A stretch of 64,000 nt of DNA from an uncultured Muribaculaceae bacterium (GCA_944321725.1 CALUMI010000008.1:641-64640); one strand, 5' to 3'. Shown: positions 1 to 10,328, numbered from the stretch's first letter. A program made the numbers and translations. Notes: generated by a model not told the origin, from the letters alone.

Positions 1-232
1 ACATGCCTACTTCTGTGCATTCGCCGTTGAAGTGTGCGTTGAGGTCTTTAATCATTTCTTCGTCGCAACCTTTAGCAACGCCGATTACGTGTTCTGTTAC
101 GAACTGAAGAGCCTCTGATTCAACCAATTCTTTGAACTTGCTTGCCGGTACGCCGCATTGCGGGCATTTTTCAGGAGCAGCATCGCCTTCGTAAACATAA
201 CCACAAACTGTACAAATAAATTTCTTTGCCAT
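1..232 (-). CDS. rubrerythrin-family protein with N-terminal rubredoxin-like domain (reverse rubrerythrin). Only the 5' part is present; the gene continues beyond the window start.
   Basis: Own translation of the minus strand from the ATG at 230-232 gives MAKKFICTVCGYVYEGDAAPEKCPQCGVPASKFKEL...NAHFNGECTEVGM. It has two CxxC pairs followed by the start of a ferritin-like helix. Confidence 0.8.
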   Translation of the reverse strand, partial: MAKKFICTVCGYVYEGDAAPEKCPQCGVPASKFKELVESEALQFVTEHVIGVAKGCDEEMIKDLNAHFNGECTEVGM

Positions 233-281
233 AATTGTAAGGATTTAATTAGTTAGTATATCGTTAATAAAAAATGTCGTT

Positions 282-692
282 TCAACACCGTTTTGCCATG
301 CAGTCGCAACAGTATCCTTTATAATAGACCTCCGCCTCATCGATGGTGAAATCGTGGCTTGTCTGATTCTGATCGACTTTCTGTAAAGGCATATCAATTA
401 TCTTGCCGCAACTTTTGCACATAAAATGGGAGTGAGGTGCTGTCATTCCGTCGTAGTGCGCAGTTTTTTTGTCGATTGTAAGCTCGATGATTGCATCGTG
501 CTCTTCGAGCAATTTCAAAGTGTTGTAAATTGTAGTCTTCGATAATGTAGGCATTTTGCAGACAAGATCGTTGTAGATTGTATCGACGGTAGGGTGCGTT
601 CTGTGTGTCAGCAAATATTCCATTATTGAAATTCGCTGGGCGGACGGCCTTATATTGTGCGATACTAATCTGTCTATTGCCTCTTTTGTCAT
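282..692 (-). CDS. Fur-family transcriptional regulator (PerR-like)
   Basis: 136-aa ORF with an N-terminal winged-helix region, HSHFMCKSCG and a C-terminal CCDC metal-site pattern. It lies directly upstream of the rubrerythrin gene on the same strand. Confidence 0.85.
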   Translation of the reverse strand: MTKEAIDRLVSHNIRPSAQRISIMEYLLTHRTHPTVDTIYNDLVCKMPTLSKTTIYNTLKLLEEHDAIIELTIDKKTAHYDGMTAPHSHFMCKSCGKIIDMPLQKVDQNQTSHDFTIDEAEVYYKGYCCDCMAKRC

Positions 693-843
693 AATTGATA
701 TTGATACGTTTTTGAAATCGTTACAAAATTAATATCTGTTTTTGTTATATGCAAATATTTTTCGGATTATTTTTGCATGTATTTTTGTTGTTAGGAGTAA
801 TTGATTGTTTATAAGAATATTATGTTGTTATTATTAGTATCTG

Positions 844-1095
844 TCAGGATAATATTATCAGTGCTATCAGGCAGAGCATGGCTGTGATGAAAAAGCATCC
901 GGCCATTATGCGTAGAAGTCGTTTGAGCTGTGGCCGGATGTTTCTGCCACCAAAGAAGTAAAGATATGCGGCCATGAAGACAAAAAAGTCGTCGATATAG
1001 CCATACCACCCGGACTTGTCCATGTCGTACGGAATGACAATGTAGGCTATTGCGAGAATAAGGACGGCAATTCCTGTGATGTTTGAGTGTTTCAT
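844..1095 (-). CDS. small integral membrane protein, family not recognised
   Basis: ORF 844..1122 trimmed to the MKHSN start, which removes overlap with the upstream gene. It has two hydrophobic segments. Confidence 0.35.
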   Translation of the reverse strand: MKHSNITGIAVLILAIAYIVIPYDMDKSGWYGYIDDFFVFMAAYLYFFGGRNIRPQLKRLLRIMAGCFFITAMLCLIALIILS

Positions 1096-1100
1096 ATTGG

Positions 1101-1472
1101 CTATTTTTCGAGTTGGCGCCAACCTGTTTGGAAATATTCCTGATTGAAGTCGCGCTCACGTATTATATTTCCGTTCCAGATTATAATGTCGAGATCCATG
1201 GGGATTTCTCCTGTTTGCTTGCTCAAAGGAGTTCGACCGCAGACGGTTTCATAGTCTTTTAATTTTTTGTTGATTTCTTCGTATGATTCCTTGCATTTGG
1301 CTTTCATTACGGCATTGAGGTAGTCCGGATCAGTTCCGTTGGATGCGGCGCTGTTATAGATAGAAGAGTGGGATGTGCTGTTTAGATTGTCTTTAAGCCA
1401 TTTCAGGCAGTTGGTTATCTGCCATTCCCGGTCTTTGCTGTTGCTGCCTATTGATATAATTAAATTATTCAT
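1101..1472 (-). CDS. folK: HPPK-like protein (2-amino-4-hydroxy-6-hydroxymethyldihydropteridine diphosphokinase family, short form)
   Basis: IISIGSN near the N-terminus, PDYLNAV and DLDIII blocks match HPPK signature positions. At 123 aa it is shorter than E. coli FolK. Confidence 0.55.
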   Translation of the reverse strand: MNNLIISIGSNSKDREWQITNCLKWLKDNLNSTSHSSIYNSAASNGTDPDYLNAVMKAKCKESYEEINKKLKDYETVCGRTPLSKQTGEIPMDLDIIIWNGNIIRERDFNQEYFQTGWRQLEK

Positions 1473-1478
1473 ATTTTG

Positions 1479-3602
1479 TCAGTTTGTTTCTTTCATCGAC
1501 AGAGATAGCCTGCGGCGTTGTGTATCGATATTTTTGATTTTTACTTTTACGTGTTGATGCAGTTTCACCACATCAGCCGGTGACGATATAAAATGATTGC
1601 ATATTTCGGATATATGGACTAATCCGTTTTCTTTTATCCCTATATCAACGAATACACCGAATTGCGTTATATTGGTTATGATGCCATTTACTATGATTCC
1701 TTCTCTCAGATCATTGAATGATTTTATATTGCTGTCAAAATTCACAATACCGGTTGTTGTACGCGGATCTCTGCCCGGTTTGTCAAGCTCTTCCATGATG
1801 TCGGTGAGAGTGGGGATGCCTGTGTTGTCGGTTACATAACGGTTTATGTCGATGTCGGCTCTTTTTGCTTTGTCGTTTATAAGTTCATTTATGGAACAAC
1901 CGCAGTCGGATGCCATTTTTTCTACAGTTTTGTAGTTCTCCGGATGCACGGCTGTGTTGTCAAGAGGGTTTTCGCTGTCGGGTATTCTTAAGAACCCGGC
2001 GCACTGCTCGAAAGCCTTATTGCCTAATCGTGGCACATTCAACAGCTCTTTCCTGTTTTTGAAATTTCCGTTGGCGGCACGATATTCCACAATGTTTTGG
2101 GCTAATTGTACTCCCAATCCGGATATGTAGGTCAGCAGTTCTTTCGACGCTGTATTGAGATTTACTCCTACTTTATTTACACAGCTCTCGACAGTGAATT
2201 CCAATGCCTGTTTCAACTTTGTCTGGTCAACATCGTGCTGATATTGTCCTACACCGATTGACTTCGGGTCGATTTTTACTAATTCGGCCAAAGGGTCGAG
2301 CAGACGTCGTCCGATGGAAATGGCACCACGTACTGTTACATCTTTGTCAGGAAATTCCTCTCGAGCAAGTTTTGATGCGGAATAGACAGATGCACCGTCT
2401 TCACTGACGATGTATATATGAATGTCGCGGTTGTAGTACAGTGATTTCAGAAAGTCTTCTGTTTCGCGGCATGCCGTCCCGTTTCCAAGCGCTATCGTGT
2501 CGATTTTATAGGCTTCAATCAGATTGTGTAATTTTTTTGCCGACAGGGATATTTCTTTGCGTGGCGGGGTGGGATAGATAGTGTCGTTATGCAACAGGTT
2601 TCCTTGCTCGTCGAGGCATACGAGTTTGCAGCCCGTCCGGTAGCCCGGATCGATGGCGAGTATTCGTTTTTTGCCAAGTGGAGGAGCAAAGAGCAGTTGG
2701 CGGGCATTGTCGGCAAACAGGGCAATGGCTTGGTCGTCGGCGGCAGTTTTGCTTGATGCCGCAAATTCATTTTCTATCAATGGTTTGATATAGCGTTTGT
2801 AGCTGTTGACTACTGCTTTTTTTACGAGTAATGCCGATTCGGATTTGTTTTTCAGAAATCGGTGCGAGATTTTTTCTGTGATTTTATCAGGGTCGATGTC
2901 GATTGATGTGCGTAAAAACCCTTCATCTTTCCCTCTGCGGATTGCGAGTATCTGATGCGATTTGCATCGTTTTAGCGGAGTTGAGAAATCGAAATAATTT
3001 TGGAAATTTGCCGCGTCTGTTTCTTTTCCTTTTATTACTTTGCAATTTAGCACAGCCTCGTGGAAAAATGTTTTGCGTACCAACTCGCGCACGCCTGTGT
3101 TCTCGGCTATCCACTCTTCTATTATGTTGAGAGCTCCGTCGACAGCCATATTTTGGTCTGTAATTGTGCTGTTAATGAAACGGGATGCCGCGTGATAGAT
3201 GTCGGTCGCATTCTGGGCCATTATTATTTTTGCAAGCGGTTCAAGTCCGTTTTTGCGCGCAACATCAGCTTTAGTTGATTTTTTTTGTTTATAAGGCAGA
3301 TATATATCTTCAAGAATGGTGCCGTTTCGGCAATCTTCGATTTTCTTTCTCAGCTCATCTGTCAGTTTCCCTTGTTGTGCAATTATGTCAATGATGAAGT
3401 TTTTGCGTTTTTCCAATTCCTTTGCTTTTTCGTAGCAAATGGAAACAGCTTGGATTTGCACCTCGTCAAGGCCTTGTGTGCGCTCTTTTCTATATCGGCT
3501 GATGAACGGGATGCTTGCTCCTTCGTCAAGCAGTTTGATTGTGGCCTCTGCTTGTTGTCGGGATATGCCTGTTTCTTCTGCTATTAGAGATGCGTATTCC
3601 AT
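1479..3602 (-). CDS. tex: Tex-like transcription accessory protein (S1 RNA-binding domain protein)
   Basis: ORF 1479..3863 trimmed to the internal start MEYASLIAEETGISRQQAEATIKLLDEGASIPFISRYRKE at 3602. The C-terminal S1 motif is GIITNITQFGVFVDIG. Confidence 0.9.
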   Translation of the reverse strand: MEYASLIAEETGISRQQAEATIKLLDEGASIPFISRYRKERTQGLDEVQIQAVSICYEKAKELEKRKNFIIDIIAQQGKLTDELRKKIEDCRNGTILEDIYLPYKQKKSTKADVARKNGLEPLAKIIMAQNATDIYHAASRFINSTITDQNMAVDGALNIIEEWIAENTGVRELVRKTFFHEAVLNCKVIKGKETDAANFQNYFDFSTPLKRCKSHQILAIRRGKDEGFLRTSIDIDPDKITEKISHRFLKNKSESALLVKKAVVNSYKRYIKPLIENEFAASSKTAADDQAIALFADNARQLLFAPPLGKKRILAIDPGYRTGCKLVCLDEQGNLLHNDTIYPTPPRKEISLSAKKLHNLIEAYKIDTIALGNGTACRETEDFLKSLYYNRDIHIYIVSEDGASVYSASKLAREEFPDKDVTVRGAISIGRRLLDPLAELVKIDPKSIGVGQYQHDVDQTKLKQALEFTVESCVNKVGVNLNTASKELLTYISGLGVQLAQNIVEYRAANGNFKNRKELLNVPRLGNKAFEQCAGFLRIPDSENPLDNTAVHPENYKTVEKMASDCGCSINELINDKAKRADIDINRYVTDNTGIPTLTDIMEELDKPGRDPRTTTGIVNFDSNIKSFNDLREGIIVNGIITNITQFGVFVDIGIKENGLVHISEICNHFISSPADVVKLHQHVKVKIKNIDTQRRRLSLSMKETN

Positions 3603-3604
3603 TG

Positions 3605-4795
3605 TTATCGTTCTGTGTGTTTTAGCTTTATCAGGGTTATCTCCGGTTTTGCACCGATGCGCATCGGTATTCCCACTTCTCCCATGCCTATGTTCACATA
3701 AAGGAGCTGCTTGCCGTGTTCGTATAGTCCTTGCCAATGCTGATAGCGCAGTGACGATGGCGAATATTTTTTTGAGCCGACAGACAGCATCATCTGCATT
3801 GCGTGGGTATGTCCGGAAAGAGTGAGGTCGATGTCTGTTTTTTTGTCTACCTCCATTTCCCAATGTTTTGGATTATGTGAAAGCAAAATCTTGAACCCTT
3901 TGTAATCGTCTTTTGGCATTGCGGCTTTTAAGTCGCCGTGTGTGGTAAATGGAGGTTCTCCCCAATTTTCAACGCCGAGTATTAATAACGAGTCTTTGTC
4001 ATGTTTGATATATGTATGTTGGTTAAGAAGGAGTTGCCATTTCAATGTGTCTCTTTGTATTGCGATGAGATTGGATAAGTTGTTTTGTTTGTCGGCTTCG
4101 GTTTTCCATTTTTTATAGTCACCGTAATCATGATTTCCTAAAATGGAAATTACTCCATCTTTGGATTTCATTTTTCGGAGTTCATCGATAAACGGATATA
4201 ACTCTGATGAGGAGTTGTTTACAATATCGCCTGTGAATACTATCAAGTCAGGATTTAAAGCGTTTATGTTTGCCACCATGTTGCTTATGACAGCAGTGTT
4301 GTCGCCGAATGTGCCTGTATGCAAGTCGGAGAATTGCACGATTTTGTATCCGTCGAAAGATTCCGGCAGATTGTCAGACTCAATGTTTATCTCGTTTATT
4401 TGAATTTGTCTTGTCGTCACTAATGCTCCCCACCATATCGTTATGAAAAGCAGGTACCCGATTATTGTCCCTGCTTTTGCCATGTATTTGACAGGTTTTC
4501 GCTTGAACAGCCGCGGGATGTTTGACAGCAACAAGAACACGGCATAAAATGTTTTTGGCAGGAAGACCGAAGCGCATGTGAATAAGGCCCACATGGCATA
4601 TTGCATTATGTGTGTGCCTGTATGCCTGAAAGACAATACGACAGGGACGCTTATAAGCAAAAGATATATTGCTGTAGAAATGACAACATGTGCGGTGCGC
4701 AACCTCTTATGTTTGTGCAGTCTTTTATATATTACAAAATCGGTGGCGATACAGATAATCGCAAATACTATCGATACTGCAAGCGAGAATCTCAT
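3605..4795 (-). CDS. membrane-anchored metallophosphoesterase (calcineurin-like)
   Basis: N-terminal multi-TM region, then the motifs FSDLHTG, FTGDIVN, GNHDY and SGHTHAMQ. Confidence 0.85.
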   Translation of the reverse strand: MRFSLAVSIVFAIICIATDFVIYKRLHKHKRLRTAHVVISTAIYLLLISVPVVLSFRHTGTHIMQYAMWALFTCASVFLPKTFYAVFLLLSNIPRLFKRKPVKYMAKAGTIIGYLLFITIWWGALVTTRQIQINEINIESDNLPESFDGYKIVQFSDLHTGTFGDNTAVISNMVANINALNPDLIVFTGDIVNNSSSELYPFIDELRKMKSKDGVISILGNHDYGDYKKWKTEADKQNNLSNLIAIQRDTLKWQLLLNQHTYIKHDKDSLLILGVENWGEPPFTTHGDLKAAMPKDDYKGFKILLSHNPKHWEMEVDKKTDIDLTLSGHTHAMQMMLSVGSKKYSPSSLRYQHWQGLYEHGKQLLYVNIGMGEVGIPMRIGAKPEITLIKLKHTER

Positions 4796-4805
4796 AATGC
4801 TGTTT

Positions 4806-5990
4806 TTACATCATACCGGTAGCCGTCAGTTGGTTGACCAACGGGTTTGAATACATCACGAGCATCAGGCTGTGCATATATTCCCTTTCATCGTTGTTGA
4901 TTTCAAAATCAACTTCGTTTTGCACTTTGTCAAGTTGTTTGTTGATATATGTGTTGAACTTGTCTATGTCGTCGCTATTGTAATGTGATTTGAACCTTTC
5001 TGTTTGGAATCTTTCATCATAGGCGATAAAGTTTCCAGGATATATCCTATAGTTTTTGTGTATTTGCGTGTCGATTATCTTGCAAATGCCGTTTAGCTGC
5101 TCTTTCTTGTCCGCGTTGCGGAGTCTTTCTATCTGATTGTTGATGCAGCCTGTGAATGTGAAATGCACTTTGCCTTTGTTTTGAAGCAAACCGGTTTCCA
5201 TGCTGAACAGGTCGTCGCGTTTGGTCTTTTTGAAATCAGGATTTTTCTTTTTCAAAAGAAATTCGCGGGCTTTCAGATAATCGTTGGGATCGAACTCATA
5301 GCTTATTGCCACAGGCATGATGTTGAGCTCAAGGATATTGTCCAAGAAACTTTTTCCTCCCGCAATCGAAAGCATTTTCACAAGACTTTCCTGTGTTTCG
5401 TCGCTGCTGTCTTTCGCTCTTCCCTGTCTTTGTGCAATCCATACAGATTCGTTTTTCTGTGTTATGGCAAAATGTATGTAGCCTGACAGTTGCTCGGCCG
5501 CTTCGAGCGCATGGCGCATGCCAACATCGCGTTTTACGATTATGCTTTTGTTGAGGCGGACAAGTGTTTCTATCCATTCATATATCAGCAGGTTGTCGCC
5601 GATAGCCACTTCCGTTGTCCTTGACTTGTGGCGAAGCAGGGCAAGATTGAGAAACGACGCGTCGAGCACAATGTCGCGGTGGTTGGTCAGCATGGTATAT
5701 GCTTTGTCGTATTCCACATTGTCTTCCACTCCGCAGTCGGAGATGCCATCGGTTGTTTTTGCCGCCAGCATTTCCAAGAACGGGAACATGACCTTATATT
5801 GGAAGTCTTTTTTATTGTCAATCAGCAGCAGCTGTTTGCAGAAAGCGTCATAGTCGATGTCGGGCATAACCCATGTGACGGCGTGTTTAAAACCATCTTC
5901 CGTAACCATTTTTTCCATCTTTGAATGGAATTCGCCGTCAGAGAACGGGCAGATGTCGCTATATTCTTTTGGTGTAACCAATTCGTCCAT
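4806..5990 (-). CDS. phospholipid/glycerol acyltransferase-family protein
   Basis: 394-aa ORF. The NHRDIVLD block resembles the acyltransferase HX4D region, although the spacing is not canonical. Overall it resembles Bacteroidota PlsC-domain proteins as I recall them. Confidence 0.5.
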   Translation of the reverse strand: MDELVTPKEYSDICPFSDGEFHSKMEKMVTEDGFKHAVTWVMPDIDYDAFCKQLLLIDNKKDFQYKVMFPFLEMLAAKTTDGISDCGVEDNVEYDKAYTMLTNHRDIVLDASFLNLALLRHKSRTTEVAIGDNLLIYEWIETLVRLNKSIIVKRDVGMRHALEAAEQLSGYIHFAITQKNESVWIAQRQGRAKDSSDETQESLVKMLSIAGGKSFLDNILELNIMPVAISYEFDPNDYLKAREFLLKKKNPDFKKTKRDDLFSMETGLLQNKGKVHFTFTGCINNQIERLRNADKKEQLNGICKIIDTQIHKNYRIYPGNFIAYDERFQTERFKSHYNSDDIDKFNTYINKQLDKVQNEVDFEINNDEREYMHSLMLVMYSNPLVNQLTATGMM

Positions 5991-6165
5991 ATTTGTTGTT
6001 TTAGGCTTATATTCAAGTTTCTGTTATGAGCATTATGTTTAACTTTGCTAAAGAATAAAACTTCGGCAAATTACCATATTACTCTTTACAAAGATAAGGA
6101 TTGCAAAACGTTGAAACAAGTATTAGCAATATTATTTTTTGTGAAAACCGACTATTGAATGGATT

Positions 6166-7239
6166 TTAGCGTGCTGTGGAATAATATTCCTCCCATTTTT
6201 TTATGAGCGATTCGATGTCGGATGGCATTTCGCTGTTGAAAAACATCTCTTTTCCTGTGGTTGGATGCACGAAACCGAGCGTTTTGGCGTGCAGGGCTTG
6301 GCGTGGACACGTCTTAAAACAGTTTTGTACGAACTGTGTGTATTTGGATGTCGCTATTCCCCGCAGAATTTTGTCGCCGCCATATCTGGCGTCGTTAAAA
6401 AGCGGATGGCCTATATGCTTCATGTGTACGCGGATTTGGTGTGTGCGCCCTGTTTCCAATTGGCATTCAACGACAGCTACATGCGCAAGATTTTCTATTA
6501 CTTTGTAGTGTGTGACGGCGTGTTTGCCATAGTCGCCTTCCGGAAATACCGACATTTGCAGCCTGTCTTTCAGGCTTCGTCCTATATTCCCTTCTATTGT
6601 GCCGCTATCTTCTTTGAATTGCCCCCAAACGACTGCTATGTATTGGCGGTGCGTTGTTTTGTTGAAAAATTGTTTCCCGAGATTTGTTTTTGCGTCGGGC
6701 GTTTTTGCGATGACCAACAGCCCCGACGTGTCTTTGTCGATGCGGTGAACCAAGCCTAACCGGGGGTCGCTGACATCGTAGTCCGGATTGTCTTTGAAAT
6801 GATATGCGAGAGCATTGACAAGTGTGCCGCTGTAGTTGCCATGTCCGGGATGGACCACTAACCCTGCCGGTTTGTTGACCACAAGCAAATCGTTGTCCTC
6901 ATAGACTATATCGAGCGGTATGTCTTCCGGTATTATTTCAAGTTCGTATTTGGGGCGGTCCATCACCAATGATACCACGTCGAAAGGTTTTACCCTGTAG
7001 TTCGATTTTACGGGTTTGCCGTTTACTATAATGCAGCCGGCATCTGCTGCCTGTTGTATTCTGTTGCGCGAAGTCTTGTCGATGTGCGACACCAAAAATT
7101 TATCGACACGGAGTAGTGCCTGTCCTTTCTCTGCGGTAAATCGATAATGTTCCCACAGTTCGCGGTTGCTCCCGTCGATTATGGTGCCATCTTCCGGCTC
7201 TTCGTCGAAAGTTGATAAAAAGTCATTATCCTTTTCCAT
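6166..7239 (-). CDS. rluD: RluA-family 23S rRNA pseudouridine synthase (RluD-like)
   Basis: S4-like N-terminal domain, catalytic HRIDKDTSGLLV motif and the GRTHQIRVH block. Confidence 0.9.
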   Translation of the reverse strand: MEKDNDFLSTFDEEPEDGTIIDGSNRELWEHYRFTAEKGQALLRVDKFLVSHIDKTSRNRIQQAADAGCIIVNGKPVKSNYRVKPFDVVSLVMDRPKYELEIIPEDIPLDIVYEDNDLLVVNKPAGLVVHPGHGNYSGTLVNALAYHFKDNPDYDVSDPRLGLVHRIDKDTSGLLVIAKTPDAKTNLGKQFFNKTTHRQYIAVVWGQFKEDSGTIEGNIGRSLKDRLQMSVFPEGDYGKHAVTHYKVIENLAHVAVVECQLETGRTHQIRVHMKHIGHPLFNDARYGGDKILRGIATSKYTQFVQNCFKTCPRQALHAKTLGFVHPTTGKEMFFNSEMPSDIESLIKKWEEYYSTAR

Positions 7240-7249
7240 TACTGATTTC

Positions 7250-7894
7250 TTAATATTCGTTTCCGGATTCGGGATAAGTGTCGGCAGCGTCCATCACAGC
7301 CTCGTTGTAGTCGTCGAGAATGGCGGAGTCGGCTTGTTGCAGAAGACCGTCGCCCACCACTATTGTAAGCCTTGCGTTTATCGGTATTTTGTCGCCGGCT
7401 GATAATGGAAGCCCGTTCATTTTCAATTCATATATTAGATCTGAAAATTCGGAAGGTATTTTTTCCACTGTGATATTTTTGAATCCTGCGGCTTGCAGCA
7501 TCGACATGCCTTGCCGCAATGACAGGTCTACAATATATGGTATTGATACTTGCTGCGTTGAGAATGAGCGTATTGTCACATATATTGTGCGGTTGTTTTT
7601 GATTTTCGAGCCGGCTTTGGGGGTTTGGGTGATTATGCTGCCCGGAGATGTGTTCGCCTCAAATATTGAATCGGAAATTTCCAGCACAAGGTTGTTTTGC
7701 CGTAATTTCATGGCGGCTTCTTCCACATACATGCCTTTAAGTTCGGGCACTATTTGATATTGGTTGTGGTTTGTGAACCATCCTAATCCGAAATATGCCG
7801 CGATTAGCAAAGCAATGTCTACAATAATTATCAAAAATATGGTAGATAGGACAGGGTGCTTTTTTATGAATTTCAGAAAATTGTTTTCAGCCAT
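7250..7894 (-). CDS. PASTA-domain membrane protein
   Basis: One N-terminal TM helix followed by three roughly 65-aa PASTA-like repeats. Its position next to rluD is typical in Bacteroidales as I recall. Confidence 0.55.
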   Translation of the reverse strand: MAENNFLKFIKKHPVLSTIFLIIIVDIALLIAAYFGLGWFTNHNQYQIVPELKGMYVEEAAMKLRQNNLVLEISDSIFEANTSPGSIITQTPKAGSKIKNNRTIYVTIRSFSTQQVSIPYIVDLSLRQGMSMLQAAGFKNITVEKIPSEFSDLIYELKMNGLPLSAGDKIPINARLTIVVGDGLLQQADSAILDDYNEAVMDAADTYPESGNEY

Positions 7895-7990
7895 ATTGAG
7901 ATATGCGTAAATGTTTTTGCAAATTTACGTAATTTATGCGGAACGGCATTGCAAAGTTATGGTTTTGTTGTCTGATTATAAATTGATGGT

Positions 7991-8326
7991 TTAATCAGGA
8001 TTGTGGTTAAAGATATTGTAGTTGTATTTTTTCATGTCTACATAGTTGTTGCTTTTAAATTCCACGCCTTCCGCTTGAAGCCTTTCGGCTTGTTCTTTCC
8101 AATATGGGGCAGTCCTTCCTTTACAATTTACCACACGGTGGCAAGGTATGCCGGAAGGGGCTCCATGCAGCAACTTGCCTACGAGTCTGGAGTTGCGCGG
8201 TTTTTCTGCAAGCCATGCGATTTGACCATAAGTAAGAACTTTGCCGTAAGGAATTGATTTTACGATGCTGTACACTGTGTTTTTGAAACTTTCCACGTCG
8301 GTCATAGTTTTGCATATTTTCCGCAA
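7991..8326 (-). CDS. MGMT-family protein (methylated-DNA-protein-cysteine methyltransferase DNA-binding domain only)
   Basis: 111 aa with the active-site motif IPCHRVV. Confidence 0.8.
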   Translation of the reverse strand: MRKICKTMTDVESFKNTVYSIVKSIPYGKVLTYGQIAWLAEKPRNSRLVGKLLHGAPSGIPCHRVVNCKGRTAPYWKEQAERLQAEGVEFKSNNYVDMKKYNYNIFNHNPD

Positions 8327-8388
8327 ATTTAAAAATATTGATTGTAATTGTGTGGTAATGGAATGATTTTTAGTGTTACCTTTGCCGT

Positions 8389-8925
8389 ATGGATTTTGGC
8401 GATGTTTCGGACAAGGTATGGTTTGCTTTAAGGGTTACTTATAATAGAGAAATTAAAGTTAAATCGGAGTTGGATGGCATGGGGATAGAAAGTTTTATTC
8501 CTATGTGCTATAAGGATTTTGTGCGGGATGGGAGGAAGCAGCGTAAATTGGTTCCGTCCATACACAATCTTATATTTGTAAAAATGACATCCGACGGCAT
8601 GAAGAAATACAAGGCTGAAACATCATTGCCGATACGCTACATTATGGATAAGTCAAGCCGGAAGCCGATTATAGTTCCTGAATATCAGATGCGGAATTTT
8701 ATGGCTGTGGCCGGCACGAACGACGAGGGGCTGATATATTTTAGCCCGGAAGAATTGCAGGCTAAAAAGGGCGACAGGGTGAGAATAACGGGAGGTATAT
8801 TTGAAGGATGTGAAGGCACTTTTATGCGGTTGAAAGGAGATAGGAGAGTAGTGGTGTCGATACCGGGTGTGGTTGCCGTGGCAACTGCTTTCGTCCACCC
8901 CTCACTGATAGAGAAAATAAATTGA
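8389..8925 (+). CDS. UpxY-family (NusG-like) transcription antiterminator
   Basis: WFALRVTYNREIKVKSEL...SFIPM NGN-like N-terminus and a KOW-like C-terminus (GDRVRITGGIFEGCEGTF). Confidence 0.75.
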   Translation: MDFGDVSDKVWFALRVTYNREIKVKSELDGMGIESFIPMCYKDFVRDGRKQRKLVPSIHNLIFVKMTSDGMKKYKAETSLPIRYIMDKSSRKPIIVPEYQMRNFMAVAGTNDEGLIYFSPEELQAKKGDRVRITGGIFEGCEGTFMRLKGDRRVVVSIPGVVAVATAFVHPSLIEKIN

Positions 8926-8941
8926 AAAAATAGAATAAATA

Positions 8942-10252
8942 ATGAAGATAGCTATTGTTGGTTCGGGTTATGTCGGCTTGGTTTCCGGCGCATGTTTTTC
9001 GGAAATGGGCGTTGACGTAACTTGTGTGGATATCGACGAGCGTAAAATCGCTAATTTGAAATCCGGCGTTATACCTATTTATGAGCCGGGGCTGGATGAA
9101 TTGGTGGCACGGAATGCCGATGCGGGAAGGCTTCACTTTACCACATCGTTGGAAAGTGTGTTGGATGATGTTGAGGTAGTGTTCAGCGCGGTAGGCACTC
9201 CTCCCGATGAGGATGGCAGCGCGGATTTGCAATATGTGTTGGAGGTGGCAAGAACATTTGGCAAAAATATTAATAAATATACGTTGCTGGTCACTAAAAG
9301 CACTGTTCCTGTAGGCACTTCCGTTAAGATAAAGCAAGTCATCAAAGAGGAACTTGCCCGTAGGGGGAAAGATGTGCCTTTTGAGGTTGCATCAAATCCG
9401 GAATTTTTGAAAGAGGGGGCAGCCATAAAGGATTTTATGTCGCCCGACAGAGTCGTAATAGGTATTGAAAGCGACTATGCCCGAAAAGTAATGGAACGTC
9501 TTTATCGCCCGTTCCTTTTGAATAATTTCCGGGTTATATTCATGGATATAGCTTCTGCCGAGATGACAAAATATGCTGCTAATTCGATGTTGGCAACTCG
9601 TATCTCATTTATGAATGATATTGCCAATTTGTGCGAATTGGTTGGGGCGGATGTCAATATGGTGCGTAAAGGAATAGGTTCTGACGCAAGGATTGGCAAC
9701 AAATTTCTATACGCCGGATGTGGTTATGGCGGCTCGTGTTTTCCTAAGGATGTTAAAGCGTTGATACATACGGGAAAAGAAAATGGTTATGATATGCGTG
9801 TCATTGAGGCGGTGGAATGTGTAAATGAAGCTCAGAAAGGTATTGTGTTCAGAAAATTGGGCAATGCTTTGGGCGACTTAAATGGAAAGAAAATAGCCGT
9901 ATGGGGACTTGCTTTCAAACCGGAAACTGATGACATGCGTGAGGCTCCTTCGTTGGTAGTGATTGAAAAATTGTTGAAATCAGGGGCAAATGTGGTTGTG
10001 TATGATCCTGTGGCAATGGATGAGTGCCGGCGACGTTTGGGCGACAGGGTTGCTTATGCCAAAGATAAGTATGACGCGGTTGTTGATGCCGACGCGTTGG
10101 CCATGCTGACGGAATGGAAAGAGTTCCGTTTGCCTTCATGGAATGTAATCAGAAAAGCGATGAAGGGGAATGTGATTGTTGACGGCAGAAATATATATGA
10201 CCCTTCAGAGTTGGCTGAACTTGGGTTTGAGTATCATTGCATCGGGATGTGA
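8942..10252 (+). CDS. ugd: UDP-glucose 6-dehydrogenase
   Basis: MKIAIVGSGYVGLV Rossmann start, catalytic GGSCFPKDV and 436 aa length. Confidence 0.9.
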   Translation: MKIAIVGSGYVGLVSGACFSEMGVDVTCVDIDERKIANLKSGVIPIYEPGLDELVARNADAGRLHFTTSLESVLDDVEVVFSAVGTPPDEDGSADLQYVLEVARTFGKNINKYTLLVTKSTVPVGTSVKIKQVIKEELARRGKDVPFEVASNPEFLKEGAAIKDFMSPDRVVIGIESDYARKVMERLYRPFLLNNFRVIFMDIASAEMTKYAANSMLATRISFMNDIANLCELVGADVNMVRKGIGSDARIGNKFLYAGCGYGGSCFPKDVKALIHTGKENGYDMRVIEAVECVNEAQKGIVFRKLGNALGDLNGKKIAVWGLAFKPETDDMREAPSLVVIEKLLKSGANVVVYDPVAMDECRRRLGDRVAYAKDKYDAVVDADALAMLTEWKEFRLPSWNVIRKAMKGNVIVDGRNIYDPSELAELGFEYHCIGM

Positions 10253-10272
10253 TTGAAAATTGTGGCATAAAA

Positions 10273-10306
10273 AAGGCTGACGTATGGAATCAACATCGTC
10301 AGCCTT
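10273..10306. terminator. bidirectional intrinsic terminator between convergent genes
   Basis: AAGGCTGACG ... CGTCAGCCTT, a 10-bp perfect stem flanked by an A-run and a T-rich tract. Confidence 0.7.
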
Positions 10307-10328
10307 CTTTGTTTTGTTTGATGATTGG

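Noticed and set aside
3603-3863. 87-aa N-terminal extension of the Tex ORF
   Set aside because: The extension overlaps the 3' end of the metallophosphoesterase gene and is Arg-rich junk. The conserved Tex N-terminus begins at the internal Met (3602).
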